NCBI RefSeq assembly: GCF_009914755.1
Contig: NC_060937.1
DNA from: the human T2T-CHM13v2.0 reference genome, Homo sapiens
Reading direction: 5' to 3' (one strand)
Length of the DNA: 64,000 nt
Shown here: piece after piece, positions 29,016 to 41,050 of the stretch
Numbering within the stretch: position 1 is the first letter of the stretch
How the letters are laid out: the number at the start of each line of letters is the position of its first letter
Position numbers and translations under genes: made by a program
The notes under the pieces: model-generated
What the model saw: only the letters and a program-made list of their open reading frames with translations
Database searches by the model: none
Told to the model about the DNA's origin: nothing

Positions 29016-29519
29016 GTCGCTCTAGGCCGAGAATGGTATATACATACGATCTATACAGTGAGATCGAAAGACAATGCCAATCGAGGTATTGGCAAAAGAA
29101 GTGTGGAGTACCATTCTCTGGTGAGTCAAGGAAAGCCCCAATCCACCACCAAGAGCCGGAAGAAGAGAGAGATCAGGAGCACACCCTCACTGGCATGGGA
29201 GATTGGTGCTGAAAACAGTCGAGGAACAAACATCCAGCACATTGCCCTGGACCGCACCAAGAGGCAGATCCCCCATGGGAGAGCACCTCCAGATGGCATC
29301 CTCCCCTGGGAGCTCAACAGCCCCAGCTCTGCAGTCAGCCTGGTCACTGTGGTGGGAGGCACCACGGTAGGGTTACTCACCATCTGCCTCACTGTCATTG
29401 CAGTGCTGATGTGCAGGGGCAAGGAAAGTTTCAGGGGGAAGGATGCCCCGAAAGGCTCCAGCAGCAGTGAGCCCATGGTGCCCCCACAGAGCCATCACAA
29501 TGACAGCTCAGAAGTTTGA
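29016..29519 (+). CDS. FREM2: FREM2 terminal coding exon (24): furin-type sites, TM helix, PDZ-binding tail
   Basis: ttctag| acceptor. [13 protein letters not shown]..., RKKR at 29157-29168, RTKR at 29253-29264, hydrophobic segment 29340-29414, ends DSSEV then TGA TGA. Confidence 0.96.
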   Translation, partial: VALGREWYIHTIYTVRSKDNANRGIGKRSVEYHSLVSQGKPQSTTKSRKKREIRSTPSLAWEIGAENSRGTNIQHIALDRTKRQIPHGRAPPDGILPWELNSPSSAVSLVTVVGGTTVGLLTICLTVIAVLMCRGKESFRGKDAPKGSSSSEPMVPPQSHHNDSSEV

Positions 29520-32500
29520 TGACTGCAGGTAGAATTCAACCTTTTCCGTAAGTGCCTCGGAAAAGATCACAATGGAACCTTAAATACTTCTGGTAAACCA
29601 TAGAGAATGGAGGATGGCTGTGATGAAGCTGCTTAGAGAATATGACTGTACTAATGGAGTTTGATTTGAATTCTCCATACTCTTTTTTGCATCAAAGGAC
29701 AAATTAAGGCATCTTTCCTCTTGCCCCAAAGGCAGCAACAACGTACTCATATGTACACAGAGCCATGATGTGAGGAATGTACTCCTCATTTTAGACATAT
29801 TCTCTATGCAGTGGAGATAAATCTATTAAAAGGTGCTAACAGACTCTCTTACAAGTGTAAGAGGAATCTACTGTTGCTATGTTAGTGTGAATGTTGAAGG
29901 TGCAATTATCACATTGTTTATTAATTGTATAACAGATTATTACTAGAAAGGTTTTTGTTGCTAGTCTGGAAAACTGGTGAACACACTGTTTATTATGACA
30001 AGTTTTCAAATAGGTGAAGACAGCATAGAATTATGACCAGGGTGGCTCAACCCACAAATCAACTGATCTACTACTTGGGAGACAGTGGAAGGAAAGATAG
30101 AGGGAAGGAAGTTCACTCACTTGAATTTGAATTGCTTCTCATTCTCATCAGACTCTCCTTGTTTTGTTTGCATATTTAATTTTAAATTAAACCAAAGAAT
30201 ATGTTAATTCTGAAAGAGATTTTTAAGAGATGCTGCTCTGTTTTGGCATATAGTGAGTAATGGTAGAGCTCTTGCATGGTAATATACCTTATTGGTGCTC
30301 AACATTTGTGGGAAATTAGAGGGTTGGTGAGATTTTGGTGATGAATAAATGCCATAGAGTTAGAGTCACTACAAGACAATGTTCTCTAAGAACTGAGCCT
30401 AGATGTTTGCAGTATTGAACCCATAAATGATAATAAGAAACATTGTTACAGATGGTGAAGGGAGAAAGTGGTATTTATTAATATAATGTGTATAATCAGA
30501 GTGCCTCTTACACATACTTTATAGAATAAAGGAACATTTTGACAGATGAGGTTATCCCTTGGAGTAGCGTAATCACACAATAACATTTAGAACTTAAATT
30601 GGCTACAGGACATTTTATTAGCTTTCTATCCAGCATCTGGTCCAAACGATGGGACTCTCTGCAACTATCATTCCAGAAATGGTCTTGGAGGTGGCCAGAA
30701 TCATTGACCATATTTTTATTTGGTTCAAGAAGACATCGCTCTGGCATCCCCAGTTCAGTGAACTGGTACAATGTGGTCCCTCTCAATATTTAAAAATATA
30801 ATTTGTAACAGTGCTTACCATTCACCTCCCAAAGCCAAGGAACTTGAGTGAGCTTCCTTGGCAAGCCTCCCATTGCCTTTCTGCATCAATGTGTTTGTTA
30901 CCAAATAGCAGAAATTTCGCTTAGAAGGGGAAAACTTCAGCTTTCCGAAAGCTAGTAAACATGTTTCAAAGAAAAATAAGGTCAGAAGAAAAAGAATAAT
31001 GCCTACAGATTATCCTTCAGATGCTGGCTAGAATCCCCTTTGACTTCTAGCCATAAGCTGGCCACATTGGACATCTTGGTCACTGCAGAATTTTAAAAGG
31101 CAAACTTCTCAGAACAGATGTGCACATCTTAATTTGGTGTCTGTAAGTATCAACCATTTCTTGATCAAGATAAGGAAGCAACACTGATACTGAGAGAGAG
31201 GTCATATGTCCAATAGTTGCCTTTCTTCTCTTAGGCAGCTCTGCACTTCATGTTCAGTTTTTTAAAAATAGACTGTAGTATCCTTTCATTGGAGAATTTA
31301 CAAAAATATCATCTACAGCTCAAAAGTCCCACTAACGGCTTATATGAACAGAAAGTACTGTGTAGCCCAGGAGTTTATTTAGCAAGATAAATAGTGGTAA
31401 TTTCTTAATCATTCCCCTTTCCTTTGCTTTACCTTCTGGCAGATGCTTAGCTACTTCTTTGGCTACCTCATAATTTGTATGGGAATGAACATGAATTAGG
31501 GAACTTCAAATAGTGCGTAGACTTTTCCCTACTTACCATTGGGTTCAATTGATGTAGACTGTTAGAGCAAGTATACTCAATCAACTTGCTGATATTTTAG
31601 TAGTTAACAGCTTCCGAGCCTATCATGCAATTTGGAGTCTGTCAATGAATATAGCAATGGGTGAAGCATTACTGTACGAAGTCTGTTTTCAGGCTTTGGG
31701 TCAAGCTGGTTTTATACCAAATTTCACTCTACAATGCATATTCTAATGAAGCTACTTTATATAAATTGGAGAGCTTATAAAATGCAGAACATTTCTATCC
31801 TATCCTACCAAATATTTATCCTTCTCTGTCCTCTATTCTCTTACTCTCCTCTCTCCCTTTTTCCTTCCCTTTATTCCCTTGAAAAAAGAGAATCTGTGGG
31901 AAATAGGCAGATATAGCTTTTTAAAATATAAAGTACTTGGGATTTTGCATTATTTTTCTTAATATCTATTTACTAAGTATGTAATTTAATATACATTAAT
32001 TATTTTTTGAAACTCTTGTTAGTGGGAAGAATATGGTAAATTTTTTGTTAAATAAAATAGACCCTTATGTTTAGCATTTTGTTTTTAGAGAACTATTCTG
32101 GTACTATCAGAACAAATACATAAAATAACTTCCCATAGAGAACAGGATATAGCAATAATAGCTCCTTAGATACTCAGTGGCTTCTGACTCCAATCAAGGT
32201 CTTGTTGATATTATATAGTAAAAATAAAACCAAAAATAAATATTATTCAAGTGGCTCTTCTAAGCATGTGAATCATGAAGCACTGAAATATGTATTTTAA
32301 TGATGATCTTATTTATTCCCATTTTTGCCCTTAGTTAACATTTACTGGTGCTCACCTAGGATTGGCTATTCTGAGGGATTGCATAGAAACCAAGCTCCAC
32401 TTGCTGTCCTTGGGAAGGTTATAACTGAATGCAGCTCTTTATTTGGACTAAAGTGTCAGGATATGCATTAGATTCTCTCCTGAACCAAAAACACAACAGT

Positions 32501-35059
32501 CATTATCTGTGAACCATAATTTAAAAATCTTTCTAGAATAACAACAGCAGACTCCACTCTTGTTTGTCTAAAAGAGCCCTACTGGGTATGGATCATTCTG
32601 ATGACAGATTTATACAAAATGATTCAAACCAGTAACTTAGTAAAATTGACCTTCGCAAAACCTCACTGGGGGAGTGCCTTGTAGAGCTGTGGGTGGGACT
32701 GCACATTCTTTTCCTCTTAGTAAAAGATAGGCCCACTTTATTCCAAGAATAACACTTAGCACATAAACTCTTCTTCCAGCTCGTTAGCAGCATTAGCACC
32801 TTCTGAATTCCACCCTCTCAGAAGAATCCACAGTGTTTGAACAATTTGCATAAAGGTCAGCTAGCATCCTGCTGCCAAGCCACTGCATAGCATTTGTGAT
32901 AAGAAGGACCAACTCTAGGCTCAATATGAAGGGATTTAGTTCTGTAAGCAGCAAAAAAGCTTCTTTATCAAGTCATCTTACCTCTAATTCTTTTCCAGTG
33001 TGCCAACTCCAAAGTCAACATTAAAAATGTAAATGGACCTGTGTAAATATCACAGAGAGCTTTTCCTTATACATCTCAATGCTGAGAGTTAAAATATTCC
33101 CAGGTTAAAATTTTTTTAAAGTACCAATAATAGAGCTAAATACAATGACATTTGCTTTTAAAAGGTGGATATTTTATTTCTGCTTTTTGAAAATACTTAT
33201 TTAGTATTGACTTGGAAGCCAATTTGGTCCTTTAATAAGTAAAGAAAATAATATGTTTAAAAATGTAAATGTTTTACAAATTTGAAACTTTCATAATTGT
33301 ATTAATCAGAAAACAAGCACATTGCCATTCTTTGAAACTCATGTTTCTAGACATGACAGCAGTAATAAAAGGATGAAAACAAGTGTCTTCACTAAGCGTA
33401 TGGCCAATAAATGGGACCCAAACGTTCAATCTGTTCAGTTTACCAAGGTTCAGAAATACGTAATTTAGCAGGAAACTATAAATACCAGTGCTATCACAGC
33501 CACACATACACACACACAGACATAAAATAACCAAACATCTCATTTCTAGGAAAGAGATAACACTAAAGGCATCATAGGTTTAACTGAAATACGTTATATG
33601 AAGTTTTACAAAAAGGTCAACAGAAAGCTCATTTGTGAAAACATACTCTCATGGGAGCTTCTTTAACATTAGTTCAGAGGTTAATATATTTCCTGGAGGT
33701 GTTTTCCTAGAATTGATTGCACTATTGCATGGTAATAACATTTAATTGTTAAGGAAACATTATATATAGGTTCAAATTATCCCTTAATGTTGATTTCTCC
33801 CCTTTTCCATGGATTTTGATACTAAGAAACAAAATGCTTTGAGATTTTGGTAACTATTTTGATTTTGATAAAACATGTTAAAATAGAAGGACATGATATT
33901 TTTCTATAGTTTCCATCAGGAAGAGTACATCAGAAACTTCTCCATAAGGAAAGAAAACTGACTCTCTCTTGAACTAGTGTTGATAAAATACACTAATGTC
34001 TTTCTTAATTTTATTTTATTAGGAGAAAAATCAGAATATTAAATTTGCAAACTTTTGAACAGCAGTAATAGCTCCTTAGACACTCAGTATCTTTCTTCCC
34101 TATCTTTCAAGCACATTTAATTTCTTTCCCCTGGTATTTGTTTGCTTTGTGTTTTTTCAATATTTTGTTTGCTAAAGAACAATAACAACAACAAAGCTGG
34201 TCCAGCCCTGACACCTACTTTTGCTTTTTTTCTTTCTTTCTTTTAATTTGTTGAACTATAGGTTTCTTTCTGAGATGTATTTTTCATTCTTCCAATAATG
34301 CTCTCTTTTTCATTTCAAAACCATTACCACTTTCAATATGTAATTAACATCCTCATTCATCAGAAAGCTGGTAAGTCCACACAGCATTTGTGCAGTATCC
34401 CTTCTGTGTAAAATGTTAAGGCTTTCAGATGAAAGAAAAAAGAACTTCCTGCAAAAGATCAAAAGCATCATACTAAATAAAATGATGACAATATGTGCCT
34501 TGATTTTTCTCTCAATGGAGGTTCAACATTGACATTTAAGATGTAAAAAAAATTACTTTGATGGTTTAATTAAGAATAATAAGTCAAATATCACATGTAT
34601 GTAGTTCTTTTGGATGACCGAATACCTTAAAATGAACTAAATAACTGAAATAAAGTGTTAAAATGTTAACAGCGTTGAAGTTTTTAAAATTATAATTATC
34701 AAATGCACAATGTTCTTTTACTATGCCAAATGTTGCCTACACTGATTACATGATTGTCACAGTTTAAGTGAATTTCTACTATGGATCTTTATTTTCCCCA
34801 ATGTTTGGATCATCCTCTCAGATAAGAATTGTCAGTATTGCACCTCAAGAAAGGAGAAAAAATAAGAATGTAAATTTTTAAAAGCTAGCATTAAAAGTAA
34901 AGAGCAGTACAATAAAAATCACTTAAAATAGAGAAAGGCAACTACTGAGTAAGAAGAAAAGATAATTTCTGTAAAAGCTAAATTTATGCACATTACAAAA
35001 AGTAGTCAAATCAGTCTTCCATTGTGACTTCAGGAATTCAAATGCAAGTTGTTGGCAAA

Positions 35060-35133
35060 ATATATATATACACACACACAGACATACACACACATATATG
35101 TACATACATATATATATAGAGAGAGAGAGATAG
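35060..35133. repeat. Compound microsatellite (TA)n(CA)n(TA)n(GA)n
   Basis: Directly visible; abuts the Alu tail. Confidence 0.9.
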
Positions 35134-35134
35134 A

Positions 35135-35422
35135 TTTTTTTTTTTGAGACAGAGTTTCGCTCTTGTTGCCCAGGCTGGAGTGCAATGGAATGATCTTGGC
35201 TCACCGCAACCTCCGCCTCCAGGGTTCAAGTGATTCTCCTGCCTCAACCTTCTGAGTAGCTGGAATTACAGGTGCCCACTACCATGCCTGGCTAGTTTTT
35301 GTATTTTTAGTAGAGACAGGGTTTCTCCATGTTGGTCAGGCTGATCTCGAACTCCCAACCTCAGATGATCCTCCCGCCTCCACCTCCCAAAGTACTGGAA
35401 TTACAATGGCGTGAGCCACCAC
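35135..35422 (-). mobile_element. Alu (AluSp/Sq-like) inside the FREM2 3' UTR
   Basis: gagacagagtttcgctcttgttgcccaggctggagtgcaatgg diagnostic text. Confidence 0.9.
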
Positions 35423-35830
35423 AAGATATTTTTAAAGCCCATTTGTCTATAAAAGAAAACTCTTGGACAAGGAGCTTTGTGTTTTATAATTGTATTACGT
35501 GCCTGCTTCCTTACCAAGTGCCCTCCATAACACTAAGTAAATTTATATTTATCTAGCCTCTGAGTGACATATCTGTGTGTAATGGAATTATTTGCAGAAT
35601 TTAATAGCCTTTTTTATTTTCGCATGAGAATTTTTCAAAAACTATCAGGGTCTAGTTTTATCATACATTTACTAAGTTACTACATATTGGTGGATATTGA
35701 CGTTTATTCCTGGGAATCTAATTTTGCAAACAATTTGGAGCCATTCAGTCATAAATTCATGTCAACAATAAGTCTTGCTGCCGCTTGTGTTTCATAACTA
35801 CGCTTGCTTTCCTTCAAAATATACCAAGTG

Positions 35831-35845
35831 TGTAATATAAATAAA
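35831..35845 (+). terminator. Likely distal polyadenylation signal of FREM2
   Basis: TGTA (CFIm element) at 35831, AATAAA at 35840-35845, U/GU-rich sequence downstream. Confidence 0.65.
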
Positions 35846-36944
35846 GCCCATATCAATATAAATGTTCAAATGGCCAAGTTATTCTGGTGCATTCTGTAAC
35901 TTAATTTTTTATGCTAAAATCACAGATTCCCATAGGCTACAATGAATGTCAGTTATTTTCTTTCTGGTTCTGGAGCCTTAAACTTAGTTCTCTGGACTGG
36001 GACCTGTGCTTCCACTGCCACTCATACTGATGGTAAAACTTTGCCTCTCCCCAGTAGAATCCACCTGCAGGGTCCTGGCATCTGCCCACTAGTTATAAAG
36101 AGTGTAGCCAGAGGCTCATCAGAGGCAAATGTGTATTTTAAGGAAACAACATATTTGGACTAACTAATTCTTTGTCCCAGGAAGCAGTGTGACTAGACTT
36201 TGCTATAGTTAGGAACTCCTGCCCAGTGCACTGATGAGGATGAATTAACTAATCTGGTCTTTACTGCCAATGTAGTCTGGTCACCTCAGTTAATGATCAA
36301 TTGATTTGTTATAAGGTCAGATTTTTAACATGAGGCCACCACTGTTTAATACCAAAAGGAAATGCAAAGACATCTTGTTTAAGACATTGAAGAATATCCC
36401 AAGAAAAGGACAAAATACAAAAAAGAAGGTGAAGTGGAAGAAAAATAATTGCTATGTCAAAGATCTTCTAGCACTTTCAAGACTGGGGAGAGAAAAACGG
36501 CTGTGTTGTAAGAGAAAGTTTGTGACCAGTAACAGAAAAGTGCAGCTCAACCAATCTTCACCATGGAAGAAAAAAACATGGGTAGACCTTTCATTGTGAT
36601 GTCTAAGGCAGGAGTCATAAGGCAGGGTAAACTGGTTTAGGATTGGCTAGTTTGAATACTTCCAGCAGTCTCTAGGGCATAGGGACAGTCTCTAGTTGTC
36701 TGGTACCTAGTTCTGGGGTGTTTAGCCGGTGTGGTGAAGAAATATCCAAGCTGCTAGGGATAGGGCCTGGCCTTCAGGAAGCCTCAGGAAGGGAACCAGA
36801 GAAGGAAAGAGTCATGATTCAGTCATGATTCAGTTATTTTTACAGACACTTGTGTGTGCATTAAAACAGGTGCTTAGTCTGTGTAGATAATTGGAAAAAA
36901 GTAGCCCCATCCCTGGAGATGAAGACCCCAGGCTCATAATTTGG

Positions 36945-37457
36945 TGTTTTAAAATGTAGATTGTATTATTATATAAGTACAACAATGCCAGCAGATGAGG
37001 AGAAGATCGCCATTAAAAACACAGCATGTTATACTCACAGATCGCAAGAGGAGGAGGCACACCGCACCATGGAGGGCCACATGGAGAAGCACCAGGGTTG
37101 GTCAGGAGGCAGAGGGAGCTAGGGGAAACCATGGGTAAACCTTTCATTGTGGTGTCTGAGGCAGAAGTCGTGAGGCTGGATAAACAGGTTTAGGACTGGC
37201 TAGTTTAAATAATTTCAGCAGTCCTTAGGGCATAGGGAATGTCTCTAGTTGTTTGGTACCTAGTTCTGGGGTGATTAGGGCATGTGAATAACGGCCTAGA
37301 GTGTGGGCTGTGGATGGGTTGGTTTGCATGTGAAAGTAGATGACTAACACAGGTTAGTCATCTACTGTCTCTAGGAATTGGCTAGCCCTGGGAGAGGCAG
37401 TATGTCCTGGGTCAGCAGGGCCCCAGATGTCAGAGCATCAGAAACACAGTTAATACA
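36945..37457. mobile_element. MER76-like ERVL solo LTR (partial second copy at 36577-36725)
   Basis: TGTTTTAAAA...TTAATACA termini; agggccacatggagaagcaccaggg and taggactggctagttt match recalled MER76. Confidence 0.7.
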
Positions 37458-38812
37458 CTTAGTAAGTGGAAGAGGACTTTTCACAGGGAATGCATGGTGT
37501 GGTAAGTCAAGCCAGTGTTGTGCTGGGATATTTTAACAATCAGCTCTTTGAAGAAAGCAGAGTCCCAAATCAGCTTTTGCTGATTTCCTAATGCAAATGC
37601 TCCTATCATCATCAATTCCAAGTTATCAATGTGCCATCAGCTAGTTGGAAAAATTCCTGAAAATTTAACAATTAACTCTTACCAGCCAAAACATGTACAC
37701 TTCAGCACATCACTCAAAGTTTTTATTTCAGTCCTTATGTGCATCCTCTGTCTTGAATCTTTGTGCACTACACAAACTACAAAATCACAGGCAGAGAACA
37801 CAAATTTTCTGTGAAGCAGGGGTTTATAAACCCAAAGTAATTGGTGAACAAAATATGATTACAACAGCCATCTCTAAAGACCAAAGAATTGATGTCTATG
37901 AAAGGGTAATCTTTAAAAGTTTAGCCCAATGTCTCAAATCAGGTTTCTTGGGTAAGCCCCATGTTTTAGTGTTTTAGGTGAGGGCTGTTTCTATCATCAA
38001 GAAAGGAAAATTTTGGCCAAAATTAGTGGCAGCATCTATTGTTTGAAGGGATTTAAAACTGAAATGAGAATTGATTAACAGGAGCTGAGGCTTTAAAATA
38101 GTAATGAATATTATTCCAGTATTAATACTTTCCTGAAATTATTGCAAGATTATGTGTTATAAGTACAGGCAGCAAAAGAACAACACTGAGGCCAAGTTCC
38201 TTTTTAGATAGAACTGAATAAAATCTCATTAGACTTAGGAGATGTGTGGGCCTGGAGATGGTTTTGTTGTGAAAATAATTAAAATATGAACAAAAACCTA
38301 CATATGAACCTGACTGATTTCAGACTCACCATATGCTCATGTCTACTGGCTCTATAATTCTTCCTCTAAAATAACCATACACAACAGAGATGGGAGAAAA
38401 TTGAGGAGCAATTTGAGCTCTAGTGACATCAACCAACCCTCTAAGTAAGAGATCTCAGCACCTACCTCACCTAATACTCTCCTGCATCTCTGGAGACTTG
38501 CTACTCCCACCACAATATAATGGCAGTGGAAGTGGAAGTCTACAGAATACCATGGCTTAGTGAGCACAGTGGTAAACAAAGGCAGCATTTCTCATACCAG
38601 AAGAATAGTTCTTGGCTGGAGCAGCCCAGGGTAGGGAGACTAGGTGAGACACTATATTCTATATTTAGAATAATTAGTAATATATTTATAGCAATCTATT
38701 CATGCTGGGAAGAGAAAATGGTCCTTTATTGGTAAATATTTTTGTGATGTCTCATTGCTAGTTGCTTTACATGTTATCTCATTGAATCTTTATGATGATC
38801 CTAAGAAGTAGC

Positions 38813-39293
38813 TGACAGAACAGGAGCATCGCCATCTTAGACAAACACCGCCATTCTAAAGTTCCCCTCAATCAAAAACTGCCTAAATCCAAAGGGCATC
38901 AGCCTAATGGCTAAGGTCAGCATGACCATAAACCACAAATGACATCTCCGACCAGAAACACTCCAACCCTAGGATAAAACTCTCCCCTACCAGAGACATG
39001 CCAGCCCCAAGATAACTTCTCCTCTGGTTGGAAAGATGTCAGCCCCAAGATAACCGCCCCTCCAGCCAAAGACATTCCAACCCTGACATAAACTTCTCCC
39101 CCACACAGAAAACATTCCAAACCTGTGATAATCTCTCTCACCCTCAAACCAATAAATACTCTTACACTGTAAGAGAGAGTGCTCCTGACCGAAATCAGCC
39201 AGAAGCCCCTCTCATGTTTATTCTCCAAAATAAACCTGTCTTTGACTGTTGAGCCATTTTTCATGTTTCTTTCCTCTTTCTTTAACTCTTACA
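38813..39293 (+). mobile_element. ERV1 solo LTR (LTR15-like)
   Basis: TG...CA termini, perfect 5-bp TSD GTAGC (38808-38812, 39294-39298), internal ~38-bp repeats, AATAAA near the 3' end. Confidence 0.85.
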
Positions 39294-40084
39294 GTAGCTT
39301 TGTTTCTAATAGAGAGAAGAAACTTGAGATTATTTTTTGCTATTTCAATGTTTCTTTTTTCCTTTGCCAGTCCTTCAATACGTATTAAACAAATTCTATG
39401 TATTAAATTTAGGACTGACTCCATCTTCCCAATCACTGTAATTACTCTCTCTAAACTAATCCCATTATTTATTTATTGATCACCATGAATGTACAGAACT
39501 CATCCATTGTCATCCCCTAAAGTAAGTGCTGATGTGAAAACTGAAATGAAGCTGGCACAGCATTGTAGGCAGTGGGAGAGAAAGTGACATGTGTCTGGGT
39601 CCCAAGGATTGGAGATGATGAAATGATGAGGAACTCATTTGGGGTGCCACTGGAATATTGATTCGTGACTAAAGCAGAGAGATCATTGGCCATCTATAAG
39701 GGAATAAAGCTGGCCCTCATGGTTCCTCCTTTCCAAGATCATCTCTGTTTTTTCTGTTAGCGACTTCTCAGTTTCAATAAATGTCAAATCCTCCAGTGAA
39801 TGGGGCCATGATAAATTTTAGTCTGTCTCCATCCACCATCATTAAACATGTTGGACTCCAGTAATCGTAAGCACAAGGAAATCATTTTTCCTCTTGACAA
39901 TTATCTTTTAACATTTGAAACAATATTAATGTAACAATATTTTTATTCTAATTTTTTTCTCATATCTTGTCTCAGTATCTTCCCATGTAGAACAACTCTA
40001 TATATCACAGAATTACTTTTAGGGAGCCATTAAACATGGCATATTGTGTTATTAAGTTATGTTATTTCTATTAAAATAACCAGA

Positions 40085-41050
40085 GTGGAGTGACATTAGT
40101 AAAAACAATGGAGTAAGAGCCTTTGAAAATTCACCTCTCAATAAAAGCAACAAAAATCTGACAAGTAATATGATAGAATCAGCTTTTTCAGAACTTTAGA
40201 AATTAACCAAAGGCTTACAGAAATCTGGATGCATGCATTCAAAAATAAATAAATAAATGAAAGGCTGGCTCTCCAGAAGAACAGCACATTTTATTGTGTT
40301 GTAACTTGCATTCCCCTTTCCCCCAGCTCAGTGGTAGTCTTGAAAAATAACAGTATAATACAGTAGAATGGAGTAGAGCTTGAGTGTTTCTAAAGCCTAA
40401 TTCCCAAAGAACTGGCATTAATTTGACCTGTCTGGTGCTATCCTAGGACTAGACTGGAAAGACTTCTCTTTACGTAACTTTACTTATCGCTCATGCAGTA
40501 CCAAAAACCTATACACAGAGGGATGGTGGGGAGGAAAATGAAAACAAACAAACAAGAACATGTATAGGCAAGTGTTTAAAATGTTTTATCTGCTAGATGT
40601 GATGAATAACAGTTAGATCAAACAACACATTAACCAGAAAGCTTAAAAGAAAATGCTGAAAAATGAGATGTTTATAGAGACTTTTAAAATCTCAGGCATA
40701 TTCATAGGAATAAGGAAGTTCATACATATGTGTAGCACTATGCACATACACAGGAAAATACACGAGAAGGCCTTAAGCTCTTACTTCTGGCTGAGTTTGA
40801 GGCTCTATGCAGGGAACGTGAAGACTAAGATAGAGTTTTAAACTGCTTGGTTGAGTATTGAAGGCATGCTCCAACACTTGCATAATCTTTCAGCAAAGAC
40901 TGACATGTTAATTGGTCTCAAGCTTAAGTAACGATCTGTACAATCACTAGCTAACAACAAAACTGAGTAAAGACTACAGTGGCTGAACAAAGACTGTGCC
41001 AGAAAAGTAACTAAACAAGCAACAATTACAACAAGCAGCAATACCTAGGA
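40085..41050 (+). mobile_element. Old L1M 5' region fragment
   Basis: atcagctttttcagaactttagaaattaaccaaaggctt resembles L1MC/L1MD 5' UTR. Boundaries approximate. Confidence 0.5.

Larger units (their letters stand above)
29520..35865 (+). other. FREM2: FREM2 long 3' UTR (end approximate)
   Basis: AU-rich, repeat-poor stretch after the stop. Its ~6.3 kb length fits my recall of a ~16 kb mRNA. The end is inferred from the distal poly(A) signal. Confidence 0.7.

Noticed and set aside
29126-29476. 116-aa minus-strand ORF
   Set aside because: It is the antisense shadow of the GC-richer FREM2 last exon with no independent signal.
38946-39140. ~38-bp periodic repeats as a CRISPR-like array
   Set aside because: The units are degenerate tandem copies without unique spacers, inside an LTR bounded by TG...CA and a TSD.
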